From: Alloascoidea hylecoeti
Lineage: Eukaryota
Direction: 5' to 3'
Length of the DNA: 64,000 nucleotides
NCBI GenBank assembly: GCA_001600815.1
Contig: BCKZ01000004.1
Span: forward strand, 1,019,566 to 1,083,565
Shown here piece by piece: positions 46,356 through 60,028 of the stretch. Within the stretch, counting starts at the first letter, position 1. The number at the start of each line of letters is the position of its first letter. The position numbers and the translations under genes were made by a program. Under the pieces are notes generated by a model. The model saw only the letters and a list, made by a program, of their open reading frames with translations, had not been told where the DNA came from and ran no database searches.

Positions 46356-47143
46356 ATCGCCAATCAGTTATATTTTTTAAATATTACTTCCTTTTTCACT
46401 TATCTGAAGAGGATTTTGTTTATAAGCTGAGGGGATGGTGCACCGTTTAAGATTGAAAAATATGTTTCCGACAAGATATAGTGCACAAATTTATCCAAGT
46501 ATTTATCGCTATTTTTTTGTATTTTGAAAGAATAAAGTCCACCGATTATAAAAAAAAAAGCTAGTAAACCTCAATTAGTTAGTTCCTTTGAACTGTTTTT
46601 TTCTTCCCTTATATTCCCTTATATTGACTTAGACTCAAAGAATAAGCAGATAATTTAGACCTTATAATTATGATGAAAGTAATATGTTCCTGGGAAAAGT
46701 AGGGTAAATCACCAAAGTTTGGATTTCTTTCTTTTCTGCATGCCAAAAATCCTAAAAATTTAAAATTTACCATAAGCTACAAGAATGAAAAAAGAAGAAA
46801 AATTGACTTAGCTGGTGATTGCTATATTGGCTTTCTATGACTATACTTTTATATTTTAGATCAGTCTCACATAATCTGACCTGAGCGTTCTCAGTGTTAA
46901 TAAACTTAATTATAATACATTGAGGTAGATAAGAGTTATTATAAATCATATACCAATAAATTTAAAGAAAAAAGTGCCAGCTGATTAAACAATAAACAAC
47001 AGTGTGTGAGACATTACTAGTTGTTTCATTGTCATTTGTTATTACCAGATTACAAACCAAGATCGAAATTGCAACACATACTACATGTTATAACAGAAAA
47101 TTATCATGAGGAATAAATATAGCTATGCGTATTAATTAAAAAT

Positions 47144-50100
47144 TTAAAATATATAGTCATCCATATCTATCTTACTGAATATTTTTGTCATTGAATCAAT
47201 TAGTAGATCCAATTCGCGTGCAATAATTTTAGAGGCCAGTACAAATAAATAACATAACACAAAATCATCATCATCATATTCAAATTCAGTTCCAACCTCA
47301 CCTCTTTTAAACTCATTCAATTTAGCCAACATTCTATCTCTTGCATTAACAGTAGAAGCTGGGGTCGCTGGTATCGGGAATCCCAATCTAATAGCAGATG
47401 CTAACATATAAAAAACAAGAAAGATACGATTTTCAAGCTCTCTACATTCCTTTGATGTATACTCAAGAAGTTTTATTTCTTTGGGTGAAAGAGCAGGCGA
47501 AAGGGTAATCATTGTATTAAGATTCTGCAAGGCATCAACGATACGTTGAGTTCCTTTTAATATATTTCGATAGTTTTCTTGTGGAAACTTTCCCTTTATC
47601 CTAACTTCTAAAGGCGCTTGACTCAATAACATTTCTAATTCAAGAATCATCGCCTGTGAGCGACTGATATCTGCCACACCTTTCAACCTATTCGTACTAT
47701 GGGCACTGACATCAGAGGAATAAGATAAGGGTCCAGCTTTCACGGAGATTCCTAACTGAAGCCACAGAGCACAAAGACCTTGTCGTAATCTCTTTCTTGC
47801 TGTATTCGGCAAAACACAGGTGGTAATAATAAGCGCCCAGATAATACCAACCATTACCGCAACAAAACGATGGAATGCAATTTCCCCAATGTAAGGATGC
47901 GAACCACCTTCTCGATCATCTTCTTCATCGTCTTGGGATAAACTATACGAATATAGAGCCGATAAATTGTAGGTAAGCAGAATAAACCTCCCGAATGCAT
48001 TTTGCGATTTCCAATATAATATAACATGAAAGCAAGGAATAGATAACAGGAATCCCATAAGTGCCAGGACACAGGGATCCCCTTCAAATAAAGTCCAAGT
48101 TATATAGGCAGTCGTTGCCCCCATAAATGTACCCATAACTCTCCATTTAACTGTCATGGATGTACCACCTAGAGATTTATTCATGATAATAGAGTATGTG
48201 ACCAATGCCCATTCGCCTCTCCAACCACTATAAATTGGATATAATGAATCCAAGAATGAAGGGAGAGCTAAAAAGAAAGCACCAAACCCTACTCTGATAC
48301 CAAATTGAATATCAACCCTTTTGAAAGCACGTAAGAATTTGTAAAGCCTAAAGTTCCATGGCTCTTTTTCGTTCTCAAACGTTGTGGAATTATGAACAAA
48401 TGTGTTAAGCCTAGAGATTACTTTTGTTATATCGGGATCTCCTCTTTTAGAATGAGGTGGTGGTGAGGGTTTGCTATGTATATGAACATAGGTAGTCATA
48501 TGATTTGCCTCTTGATTTGTTAGATTTGTTAGATTCACATGTGATTGATTTCTTGAAATCACTGAAAAGATATCATCTTCAGAATGTCGTTTCCAAAACT
48601 TCATCCAATTCCATGATTTTCCAGCTTCTCGAATATCATCGTATTCATCGATTAAAGATAAAAATGTATCAAGCTCAGCCCCAAATTTTTGTAACACTGC
48701 AGAAAAGTTCCCACAACAAGATGCCACCTCTTCTTTATCTGCGATAGTTCCAACATCAACTTCCATTTTATAGACATCTCTAATATGTTTATAAACTTCT
48801 TGAACTGCTGTAGACCTTGCAGCTGCAAATAAATCCTGTGCTAAAAATAAGTTTTGACGATAGTGATGATTTTGACGCAACGAATTTTGTTTATCAAAAG
48901 AAATACCATCTAATATATCGCACATTGTATAGCAATATGATTTCATGGGTCCACCAAGGAAGTACACAAAAACATTAAATAACTGTGGTGGATCCACGAT
49001 AGATGCATTGGTTAAAGAAGAATCATTGCTTCTTGAATTTTCGTCATTAGTATTATGTTCTTCTGTGATTTTGGCTGCATATTCCTGAAGCAACTCCCAT
49101 TGATTTTCAATACTACTTTTAAGACCGCCAGAATGTTGGGATAAACGACATAGCGATCTATATAATTGATTAACAACATTGAGTTCATTTTCTCGACCTT
49201 GGAGATATAACTCATACTGTGCTTCTTCAACACTTAGTTTAAAACGTTTAAGCAATGCTGTTAATTGGGTTCTCAAAGCATGATATTCAGGAACATCGAG
49301 ACTTTCACCTTTTAAGAATGTTTGACAAATAATTTTTAAAAGACCACCACAACAATCAGTAGATTTATCAAGAGTTATTTTTAGTTGATCTGTAGCATTA
49401 GTTGGCATGAAGGTATAACAAATCAAAACTGACGTTGTGATTCCTGCAACAATAACCGAATAGACATTTTTTATTCGAAAGAAGGGGATTTGACCAGAAT
49501 CTACACTGCCTTCCTTCACAATAACAGAAATGATGGTAGTAGCAGCAAGAGTACATGCAGTGTTAAATGTTTGCTTATTAACTTTTTGTTTCATAAATGA
49601 AATAAAGGCCAGACCTAATGATACAAATATAAGATCAACTGTATCGCTTATTCTTTTATGTCCTGAATTGAAAAAATATGATGAGGTTGTCATACAAAGA
49701 ATAGAAACAGTAAGACTATATATCATTGAACAACAAACAAACATTATAGACTGATGCATACTACCTTTTGTGCGAGCAGGGTGGAAGTACACAGCAGTCG
49801 TAGCTGCTAAATGTTTCATATCGCTCTTACCCAACTTTTTTGAAAAAACGGAATAATAAACTGCCATTGAAGCCAGAAGGTATGCTATACTGCACTTTAA
49901 AATACTCATATATTGGGGGTTTTGAATGCACTCATAAATCTTGTTAAAACACCCATAAAGTCTTGAAGTTCGATTTCTATGATTGTAATTTATTTCGTCC
50001 CCATCTTCATTGTCGTCGTCTGAAAGTAGGGGTGAAGTTTCTTCAATAAGACCTGGAAGCCTGTTTGAACTAGACAAAAAAAGTTAGTTTATTTAACTGA

Positions 50101-50364
50101 CCAAAAAAGTACCGTTAGTATTGAAAAGCTTTTTGTCAATACTTACGATCTGCTCATAATCCTCTGTAACCGTTCTCCAGTTTCAGCCATTATAACACTA
50201 CTTTGCCTTACTATTCTGCGTGGAAAACCACTAGGGCCGCTAGAGTCAGTGCTACACGTAGGGTCATATTTGAGTTTATTACTTCCTCCGGCCTGAAGAG
50301 ATGTCACCGGTCTGATATTAGTATAGTTTGTTGACCCATAAATATACTTGGGTGGCGTACTCAT
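47144..50364 (-). CDS. Aromatic-acid-exporter / FUSC-like membrane protein; exons 50364-50147 and 50069-47144
   Basis: KCSIAYLLAS, AVYFHPART, WRGEWAL, RFILLTYN, IAFHRFVAV; 77-nt GTAAGT..TAG intron joins the two ORFs in frame. Confidence 0.82.
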
Positions 50365-51060
50365 CACGAAAAATTAGTGACCCTGACGGTGTTGCGGGGA
50401 GGAGTATACTTATAATAATATTGATGATAATAATGACGATGTGATAATTTATAGTGTAACATTTGAAAACTTAGATTTAACCTTGACTAGCGTTCTCACA
50501 ACAACAAAGAAAATAACTAAATTCGGCCACCGAATCAATTTTATTTGGTTAAAATGGAAACATTATATTGCCGATTGTAAGAATAGTTATTGGAAGGAAA
50601 CCCAAGCAGCTTCATAAAGCTAGAGTGAATCTGAGTGATGAATACCAAAAATACAATTACCCTTAAACGGTATCCAGAATAGAATATTTGTGTCTCACAC
50701 TCTAACTAGTAACTATTCATGATAATTTTTCCACCGATATTGTGGTCGACGTCTTCAATACGCTGAAAATGTTTGATCTAGCTATAGGTAGGGGGTTTAG
50801 TAAACGTAAACTTTCATTCTCGGATCCAGAAAATTCTTTTTCCAGCCACTCATTTCGAGGGTTACTGTTTGTTTATGAATTTTCAATCTTTTATGAATAA
50901 TGTTTTGTGTATCATTGGGCATATGTCTACGGTTATAATTATGATATCATTAAAGGAAGGTGTGGCTAAGGAAACTCAGTTGCGATCCTACCTGGAATAT
51001 ACACTATAATAGCTATTTCCTCATAAGTTTGAATTATAATTATATAGTTTATACGCATAC

Positions 51061-54000
51061 TTAATCATCTAGTTTTTTAAAGGTAGAGCTGAATTTTTTG
51101 AATACCTCTCCGAAATAAGAATCCCAAGTAGCCGTATCAACTGCTGAAAGTTCCGAAGCACCTAAAGAATCAGTTAAAGAATCACTTGAAACATCATTTA
51201 GATTAATATTAATATTAACGTTATTGAATTTTTTGCTAAGTGTTTGTGTATTTCTAATTCCTAAAGTTGAAGAAATTGATAGAACAGAATCGGTATTTAG
51301 ACCTTCCCCATGAATATAAGAAGTTATTTGATTTATAGATCTAATAACATTTCTTATTAATTCTGATTGTTTTTCAATTTCTTGTTTAATTGCAGTTTCC
51401 TTTAATTTTTTATTTAAAACAGCATTAAATTTTTCAATTAAAAGATTAAGAGGTGCAACTTCATCATCCATATTTGTTTCCAAGATTTTAACATCAAGAT
51501 AAGCTAGACGACCAATAATCACAGTGCTTAAAATAAGAATTTCATGATCATCTGATAATCCAAGTGTAGCAACTTTGAAAAATAAATCACGAATATTGAT
51601 TACATATCGGATTTGTTCTGGAGATAAAGCTGTAACTAGTGTATATAAAGTTTCAAATGCTGTTTTTCTTAGTTCAAGACCATCGTCGATATCATGTTTA
51701 AAAGGCCCCATCTGAATAACTCTAACAAACTCTTGCCTTTTAGGAAGTTCTTTATACACCAAAGGTAGTAGTGAAGGAAGAAGTGACAACAAGAGATACG
51801 GTTTATTATGAATTGCAGATATTAGTGCACCTAATGATAATTGCCTAATTCCCATATCGCTATCTTGTACTAAAGATAAAAAGTCAGAAAGAACCGGTTT
51901 TAATAGATTATCATATTGATTTGAATCAGAGTAAGTGAGAGTAAATTTAATGGCAGCGATGATTGATTTTCTTACAGATATATTGTTGGTGTTTAATCTA
52001 TTTTTCAAGTCATTTAAAAATGTTTCTGGGTGCAAAACAGTTAATCGACCAATACATTCAGCATAAGCGGCAGCTTCATTATCATCTATTTCAGTACTCT
52101 CTTCTTGGGCACTGAACAAAGCATCCCATAAAATAGTAGCAGTCCTTGTTTCATCAATATTTAGTGTTTCATTGGCTAATTTATAATCATCAATATGTTC
52201 AAGTTTTATTGAGATTTCTTGTTTTAACGCAATAAGTAGAAGATATCTATTCTTTTTATCTTGTTTCAATCTAGATATCAAATCTTGTAAGTGCATTGAC
52301 ACATTATTTGAAATAATATTTCCCAGAGTTATAGCTGCAGCAAGACGAATAGATTCATTTTCACTCTCAAAATGTTTAAAAATAAGATCTAATGGAATAT
52401 CTAAATTGGGTTTTAATCTTCCGATATTTCCAACAAGAAGAAGAGTAGAAAGAATATTTCCTCTATCAGTCTCTAAATCCTTTTTAAATTGAGTTATATA
52501 ATGTTCTAGATTCCCGGAAACAACAATAGCAGCTAAAACTTTTGCAACAAGAGGATAAGAGGCTTCACGATAGCTAGAATCGATTATATGATAGAAATTT
52601 TCAGCTGAGTAATTTAAAGATATACAGCCTGCTAAAGTAATCAAAGGTTGAAGAGAAGAAGGCTCAATTGATTGTTGGGTTAATTTTTTTATAACATTAT
52701 GGATTAAATTTTCAGTAACATTTTTATTTGAACTAGCCAATGGGTAAACAATAGATAATACATTGATGCTTTCAGATAATATTTTTTCATCATCAATTGG
52801 TAAATAAGTAATGATTTGATTTATAAGTTCAACAATAATATCTGATTTTTGATTATTTAAATGAAATGAAATATTTTTAAGAGCTTTATATGTTCTTAAT
52901 CTTATTTGTTTATTTCCCAAATTTAGAAAACTTTCTAGTCCGTTTATAACTGTTTTTAACCATTGAATAGGAAATTTTTTAATAACACTATCTTGTGAAG
53001 TAATTACAGTAACAGCTAAAATAGATGGATACCTAGTAATTTCTCTTGGTAAACAAGAGGAAATAATCTCTAAGGCATCTTTTAATTCTTTTTCAACAAT
53101 AATATTTTTTGAAATTAAATTTGCAAGTGAATGAATAGCTTTTGCTTTAGCTTCACTATCAGTAGCAGTATCAACAATTTTTTTAATAAGTGCAGTTTCT
53201 AAAGCTAATGTTTTAACAAATTTACCTGAAAACGAAACTAATACGTTTCCTAAGAAAACAGATGTATCAATAGCATCTAATATTGCACCATGTGTTGATG
53301 CTCCAATAATACCTGAAACAATATCTTCAGTAACTAATGGTAAAAATTGTTTTATTGCTTTATTATCAACTACCGTTTTCAAAATTTCCGAATAAAGCTT
53401 AAAAATATCAGAAGTTAAACCATAGCTTGATTTAGCAACACTATGAATGACTGGGAATAATGTTGGAAATAATTCATCAATTCCTCCTAACACGTGAGAA
53501 AGATTAATTAACAAAAAAATATAAGCTCTGATAACTGTCTGAAGATTTGTTTTAGAAAGGTCTGCTACAATAGCAGCACCAAGAGGTTTCATAAAATAAG
53601 TCAACTGGATAATTGGTTCTTCAACCGAAGTCATGCTCGTATCTGAAGAACGTCGTCTCTCTGAAGCGTATAATTTTGATGAATGATATTCTCCTTCGGT
53701 TGAGGTTGCTTCTATTATTCCAGATAACGATGAAATAACTTCCAATTTAACAGCTTCTATTCTTTCAACCGTTCTAGAGAACAAACGTTCAAATACTTTA
53801 GTATATATTGAAGGTAGCATTGTGGGATTTGTCTTAACTAGAATAAGTGATAATTTTGCAGCATGTTTTCTTAATCTCCAACTGAGATCTGAACTATCAT
53901 CATCATCAAAGTTTTCCTCATCTGTAAAATCATAATCATCATCATATTCATCACCATAAGCATTTGGGTTATTGGTTTCTCCATCATCATCAACATCCTC

Positions 54001-55002
54001 ATCATCCAAGACTCTATTTGGATCATAATCAAGAAATGAAATAATACTTTCAATAAATTTATCAAAATAATCTCCAAGTGCATCAGTACCTAAATAAGCT
54101 AGGTGTTCCAAAGCAGTAAATGCTTCATCTCTAACATCATCTAATTCAATATTTTCATCCATATCACCACCTAGTTTATCAATATATAAATTTTCAAAAA
54201 CAATCGGTGCAACAATAGAAACTAAATCAACAAGTTTTAAATGATCAACTTTACAAATAGAAGAAAATAAAGAAATTCTTGTTATTGATGTTTTAATTTT
54301 TGTTCGTTTATCATTATCTGCTTTAATTGTTTTATCATATTCTGCATTAATAAGTTCTATAATATCTTTTGTCAAACTTGGAGAAGTATATCTAACTAAT
54401 GATCCTAATGCTGATATTGCCCGTTTGCTAATGATTCCTTCTTCTGTGAATGAAATATTAATTAATATTGATGTTGTTTTCGTAATTTGAGTTATGGTAA
54501 ATGTAGATCCTAGTCTCTTAATAACATCTGAAAGTAATTCCATCTTATCTAACGAGCTAGATAAGCCATTGGCCAGCAACAAGGGCAATAAAGAAGAACT
54601 TATTTTTTTTGCATTAGAGATAGTAACCGTGAAGTTTAAAAGAGCTGTTCTAGCTGCAGTAATTGGAATTGAAATGCCAACACTTGAATCAGTTGACAAT
54701 CTAATCAATCTCATTATGACTTCACATAATGTATCAACAGTTATTATTTTAACCAAAGGACGAAAACAAGTAATTGCTTGATTTTGAACTTCTGAATTGA
54801 GGTCTACTAGTCCTTGAAATAAACTCTCTAGAACTTTAGACACGACACGGGGGTACGTAAAGAATTGCTTGGATTGATGATCCATTAACTTATTTAAATC
54901 ACTTAAAGCCATGAACCTGTGATCAGGATCAATATCCCTTGTTCTTGATAGAATTGCGAATACTTCATCAGCACCCATTCGTGGGACTCTCATGTCCGAC
55001 AT
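51061..55002 (-). CDS. CAND1: Cullin-associated NEDD8-dissociated protein 1 (CAND1/TIP120)
   Basis: DPDHRFMALSDL, EVQNQAITC, DLSWRLRKHAAK, MGPFKHDIDDGLELRKTAFE; HEAT-repeat character. Confidence 0.92.
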   Translation of the reverse strand: MSDMRVPRMGADEVFAILSRTRDIDPDHRFMALSDLNKLMDHQSKQFFTYPRVVSKVLESLFQGLVDLNSEVQNQAITCFRPLVKIITVDTLCEVIMRLIRLSTDSSVGISIPITAARTALLNFTVTISNAKKISSSLLPLLLANGLSSSLDKMELLSDVIKRLGSTFTITQITKTTSILINISFTEEGIISKRAISALGSLVRYTSPSLTKDIIELINAEYDKTIKADNDKRTKIKTSITRISLFSSICKVDHLKLVDLVSIVAPIVFENLYIDKLGGDMDENIELDDVRDEAFTALEHLAYLGTDALGDYFDKFIESIISFLDYDPNRVLDDEDVDDDGETNNPNAYGDEYDDDYDFTDEENFDDDDSSDLSWRLRKHAAKLSLILVKTNPTMLPSIYTKVFERLFSRTVERIEAVKLEVISSLSGIIEATSTEGEYHSSKLYASERRRSSDTSMTSVEEPIIQLTYFMKPLGAAIVADLSKTNLQTVIRAYIFLLINLSHVLGGIDELFPTLFPVIHSVAKSSYGLTSDIFKLYSEILKTVVDNKAIKQFLPLVTEDIVSGIIGASTHGAILDAIDTSVFLGNVLVSFSGKFVKTLALETALIKKIVDTATDSEAKAKAIHSLANLISKNIIVEKELKDALEIISSCLPREITRYPSILAVTVITSQDSVIKKFPIQWLKTVINGLESFLNLGNKQIRLRTYKALKNISFHLNNQKSDIIVELINQIITYLPIDDEKILSESINVLSIVYPLASSNKNVTENLIHNVIKKLTQQSIEPSSLQPLITLAGCISLNYSAENFYHIIDSSYREASYPLVAKVLAAIVVSGNLEHYITQFKKDLETDRGNILSTLLLVGNIGRLKPNLDIPLDLIFKHFESENESIRLAAAITLGNIISNNVSMHLQDLISRLKQDKKNRYLLLIALKQEISIKLEHIDDYKLANETLNIDETRTATILWDALFSAQEESTEIDDNEAAAYAECIGRLTVLHPETFLNDLKNRLNTNNISVRKSIIAAIKFTLTYSDSNQYDNLLKPVLSDFLSLVQDSDMGIRQLSLGALISAIHNKPYLLLSLLPSLLPLVYKELPKRQEFVRVIQMGPFKHDIDDGLELRKTAFETLYTLVTALSPEQIRYVINIRDLFFKVATLGLSDDHEILILSTVIIGRLAYLDVKILETNMDDEVAPLNLLIEKFNAVLNKKLKETAIKQEIEKQSELIRNVIRSINQITSYIHGEGLNTDSVLSISSTLGIRNTQTLSKKFNNVNININLNDVSSDSLTDSLGASELSAVDTATWDSYFGEVFKKFSSTFKKLDD

Positions 55003-55325
55003 TATTGTATTTTGGGGTAGTTGAAGAAAAAAAGTGAATTTAAGAGATGGGTTGGAAGGAGGTCTCCACTTATAAATAATTTATTATGCATATTCCCAAA
55101 TGAATTTATGATTTAAATCTATATCGGGAAAGTCTAACTCATAGAAGAAAAGGATTTTATTTGGATATATTTTCATTCTTGTATTGAAATTACTCTATGA
55201 TGTATAACTTATATCTATAATAGAAAGTGGTGTAAGTCTATAGGGATTATAATAAATTTCAATTTAATAAAGAAACTTTGTCACACAATATAAACCATTT
55301 TAAGAATATAAACCTATATATTTAA

Positions 55326-56602
55326 CTATTTTTCCAAAGAATAAGTTATTAATTTCTTAATACCTTTAACACTTTCAAATAAATCATGAAATGTAACATA
55401 TTCACTAGCACCATGAGCAGTATGAATCGAACCAGGACCATACAAATACTTTTTAAAATTCCCACCTGTTAAATATGGTATATCAGTTGAATATGACATT
55501 GTTTCATTCTCAAATCCTGGAACATCAAAATCTAAAAATTGAGGTTTAACCATTGGGAAGATTTTATCTGAATTTTCACTAATTTTAGCTTCTGGATATT
55601 TTGAAATAATTGACTCAATAATTTGTTTAACTTTTTCTAAATCATTTGCAACTCTAATGAAAACTGTAGCTTCTGCATGGGCTGGTATAACATTAGATGC
55701 TACTCCACCAGTTATTTGACCAATATTTAAAGTAGAATTTCCTAATAAATCTGAATATGGTAATTCAGCTTCGAGGAGTTCTGCAAGGAGTTTGATTAAA
55801 ATTGTATTGGCGTTAACACCAAGTTGTGGATATCCTGAATGACTTTTATACCAAAATGTTAGTTTCCAATAATTTAGTTAATAATTTAATAAAATACATA
55901 CGCAGCTTTTCCTTCAACTTCAATATAGCAACCGTAAATTCCCTTATGTCCAACACCTAATTTTCGTTCAGTAGGTTCACCAAATATAACAGTTGACCAG
56001 CTTTTCAAATCATCAAGTTTTTCACTAGCAACTCTCATTCCGATACCATTAACTTCTTCACCTACAACAAATAATAAACTAGCATCACCTTCTTTAATTT
56101 TACCTTCTTTAATGAGCTCCAAAAATGCAGTTGTTTGTGCAGCTACTGAACCTTTATCATCATTAGAACCTCTTCCATAAATTTTATTACCTTCTATTCT
56201 ATAAGGGAAAAAAGGTGGAACTGTATCGACATGAGAAGTAACAAGGATTTTAGTTTGTCTTGTTTCTCCAATGTAAGCATATAAATTATTTCGTGGGGGG
56301 TTTTGTTGGACTGGGATCCATTCAACCGTTAAACCGTTACTTGTTAAATAATCAGCCAGATAATTTGTGACTTCGTCTTCGTTACTCGAAACAGAAGGAA
56401 TTTCGATTAAAGATTTATGAAATTTGATCAGATCAGACTTCGAAATCACTGGAAGGTTCTCGGTTGAATCTTGAGGTGATAAGGTAAGTTGGTCTTTCGA
56501 CTTGGTTGTAAAGAAAGACCAACCATTCTGATTAATACTTACTGGGAAACTGGCAACCAACGAACAGACAGGTAATATTTGAAGGATATTTGGGATTCTC
56601 AT
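55326..56602 (-). CDS. Signal-peptide-bearing M20 metallopeptidase (ArgE/DapE-like); intron 55901-55843
   Basis: SHVDTVPP, GRGSNDDKGS, VGEE, GEPTE; GTATGT..AACTAAC..AAG intron restores GKAAHSGYPQLG; C-terminal YGPGSIHTAH. Confidence 0.9.
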
Positions 56603-56734
56603 TTTCGTTATAATTATGTGATTTAAAAGAAATTGTGAATAGTTTTCGAGTTAGTCATATAAGCAATTTATATAATAAAATTCTCGGCCGTTTCTGCAGC
56701 TGTAACCTTTTTATTACTCCCCGCCATACATTAA

Positions 56735-57640
56735 ATGTTAAGATCTGTGGACTTACCCAGGTTATTTAGAATATCACCACAATTAATACGTAGACACTCG
56801 ACAATTTCAATGTCTCTACCGAAAATTGATGCCATAATAACAGACTGGGACGATACCGTTTCTGATATCGATACATTGGGATTTATGGCTGCTGCTGCTT
56901 ACGAATTAAAACCAAAATTTCCCAAACCATGGTCTTATTTTGGTCAAGTTTACACAACACATTACAATAAATATGAAAAGGAATTTGGACAACATAGCAC
57001 AATTGATTTAGAATACCAATTTCAAAAAGATTTAAAAGATACAGAATTGAGTAGTGTTAAGAAAGCAGAAGAATTAGAATTATTTAAAGGCGTAACAAAA
57101 CATGAGTTACAAAAACAGTGTAGTAATGTACCAATCAAAAATGGTTGGTGGGAATTTATTGATAAAGCATGGAAAAAAGAGTTGCCTATCAGTGTATTAA
57201 GTGTTAATTGGACTGGTGTGATAATGAAAGAAATCTTGTTACGAAAAGGGTACCCTTCATTAAATTCGGGTTCATCTCAACACATTAACGTTATTGTAAA
57301 TGAATTTGAATTTGATAGTAAAGATACTGCTACAGGTAGGCTATTTAAAAGTGGAGAAACTGGAATAAGAACTGGAATCGATAAACTTTTGATTATAAAA
57401 AAAATCTTAGAGAAGTTACATTCAGATGGATATAAAAATGTTTATTACTTTGGTGATAGCACAACAGATCTATTCTCATTATTAGAATCTGATATTGGTA
57501 TTATTGTTGGTAATAAATCTGCAAAACCAACTTGTGATGTGTTAGGTCTGAAAGTCGTTGAAGGTATAAATAATTATCAACCAAATGAGAAGGTTTTGTA
57601 TCATATCAATGATTGGAGTGAAGTCATTGATTTATTATAA
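56735..57640 (+). CDS. CTO1: HAD-superfamily hydrolase, Cto1/YCR015C-like
   Basis: DWDDT motif I, LSVNW, YFGDSTTDL..LLESDIGI. Confidence 0.75.
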   Translation: MLRSVDLPRLFRISPQLIRRHSTISMSLPKIDAIITDWDDTVSDIDTLGFMAAAAYELKPKFPKPWSYFGQVYTTHYNKYEKEFGQHSTIDLEYQFQKDLKDTELSSVKKAEELELFKGVTKHELQKQCSNVPIKNGWWEFIDKAWKKELPISVLSVNWTGVIMKEILLRKGYPSLNSGSSQHINVIVNEFEFDSKDTATGRLFKSGETGIRTGIDKLLIIKKILEKLHSDGYKNVYYFGDSTTDLFSLLESDIGIIVGNKSAKPTCDVLGLKVVEGINNYQPNEKVLYHINDWSEVIDLL

Positions 57641-57885
57641 TATGGTTGAATGGTTGAAATGATTTATCATCTTTCCACTTTTCACATCATAATCTTATCT
57701 TCAGACCTATGTTTCATTTATCGAAAGTCATCTTCCGATCAAAGTCAAAATGTTTGATCGGGGAGAGTTTTCATTCTATTTTAATGTATAGAAGACATTG
57801 CTTTTTTGGTATGTAATGTTCACACCCGAAAACTCAACTCATTTTTAGTGTAATATTATAATTATATTAAACAATAGATGTAGAA

Positions 57886-60028
57886 ATGTCAACTATAAAG
57901 CTTACCCCATCCCAAATACAGACTAAAACAGAAGAACTTTCAGGCTCTGAAACAGAATTCGAGGAAGACAGTGATGCGACAACATTGGATTCCCTATATC
58001 CGATAATTAACGAATCGCAAACAACTATAATCGTCCCCGATCAACAACAACAAAGCCAAGCAACACAGAAAATCGAGACTAATAAACGAAGAAGAGCATC
58101 AGATCTTCCCCAAAAATATGCTGAAAGGAAGATGAGTACTCAGAAACAAATCAATAAAAGTTTAACACCCAAACCAAGAGGAAGAAGGGCTACAAGTTCA
58201 AATTCAAGTTTTCAAAAACAAGATAAACCCCAAAAAGAAGAAGAAAAATTATTATTCAAAGATTTTACTTTTGGTATGCTCTTCATTTTATATAACTTTA
58301 TCTTTATATCTATTAATATTAATATTAATATTTTTGTTAGTCTTTATTCCAACTACACCATCAAAATCCCAAGCGTTTAAAGCCACCCGTTTCTCTGAAT
58401 ATGGTGCGACAATTTTATCATCTCCTAACAAAATAACATCAGAATTATACAAATCAAAGAATTTATATATATTAGTTGATGGTAGATTTGGATCTTCAAA
58501 AGTGAAGGAAATTCTCAAATTAGATGGAAACATATCTTATAATAGTTTAAATATTGTTAAAGATGCCTGGGCTTCAGATTGCATATCAAATAATCGAATA
58601 TTAGACTTTCAAAATAATGAAGTTGGTTATCGTGTTATAGAAACGAAAGGAGATTTATCTTTTATTGGAGTTGGTGGAAGTTCCGTGGATAATGGTTCTA
58701 CTATAATTAGTTCTCAAACACAAAGTGATAAAAAAGACAATTCTCAAGATATAAAACCAAATATCAAGAAAGAAGAAGAATTAGAAGAAGATTTTATATC
58801 TTTAGATCCTTCAGATCCCGAATATGAATATCAAAAAGAACATAAATCAAAAATCAAACGAACACCATGGAACACTAAACTTTTGAATCTCACCAAACCT
58901 AAACCTATAACAGAACTGCCAATTACAAATGAATATACAATATCAGTTCTTGAAGATTTAATGAAATACCATGAAAATTCAGGTGATAGGGACAGATTCA
59001 GAGTGGTGGCATATCGAAAAGCCATAGGTGTTTTAAGAAAAACACAAGAACCAATATTAACAGCATCACAAGCAATTCAAATTCCAGGAATTGGTTCAAG
59101 TATAGCACTAAAAATTGAGGAAATTGTTAAAACTAAAAGATTACAAAAGTTGGATGTTGTTAAAGATGATCAAAAAGTAAAAAGTTTAGAAGCATTTAAA
59201 AAGATTTATGGAGTTGCTAATAAAACTGCAGAAATTTGGTATGATAGTGGGTTTAAAACAATTGAAGATATCCAACAAAAAGCAAAATTAAATGAAGCTC
59301 AAGTTATGGGATTATTTTATTATGATGATTGGAATAAAAGAATACCAAGAGTTGAAGCAGAAAAACATATTTTAATTGTTAAAGATATTGCAAGAATGTT
59401 AGATGAAAATATAGTTATCTATCCCATGGGGAGCTATAGACGAAAAAAAAATTCATTAGGTGATATTGATTTTTTAATAACTGGTCTTGGATATACTGAT
59501 TTAGAAGTTTTACAAATATTTTTAAATAAATTACTTGAAGCATTATTTGATAAAAATTATCTGGTATGCTCTTTAACAAAGTTTTTTGATAATGGGTATA
59601 AATGGTATGGTGGAGCAAAAATTAAAAAAGAAACAATAAAAACGAATGATGGAAATTTTATTGAAATTGGAGGTATTTGCCGTCGTGTTGATTTTCTATT
59701 AGTCCCTTATCATCAATTGGGAGGTGCCTTTCTTTATTTTACTGGTGATGATATTTTTAATAGAATGACACGAGAACGTGCAAAACAAATGAAATATAGT
59801 CTCAATCAATATGGATTATTTAGAAATCCAAATCATGTTTCAATAGATGGAGAAAGGATAAGAGAATTAGAAAATGGAAGGAGAGGATGGAGAGAAAGAT
59901 CTGATCCAAAAAGAATTGCTATTCAAAAGCTATGTGGATTAGAGCTTGCTGAAGGACAATGTGAAAAGAGAATATTCCAAATATTGGGTATTCCATATGT
60001 AGAACCGAAGGATAGAACTAATAAGTGA
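57886..60028 (+). CDS. POL4: Family X DNA polymerase Pol4; intron 58274-58340
   Basis: BRCT-like region, FRVVAYRKAI lyase domain, GSYRR..GDIDFLI, RRVDFL, YFTGDDIFNR..SLNQYGL; GTATGC..TAG intron joins the two ORFs in frame. Confidence 0.92.
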
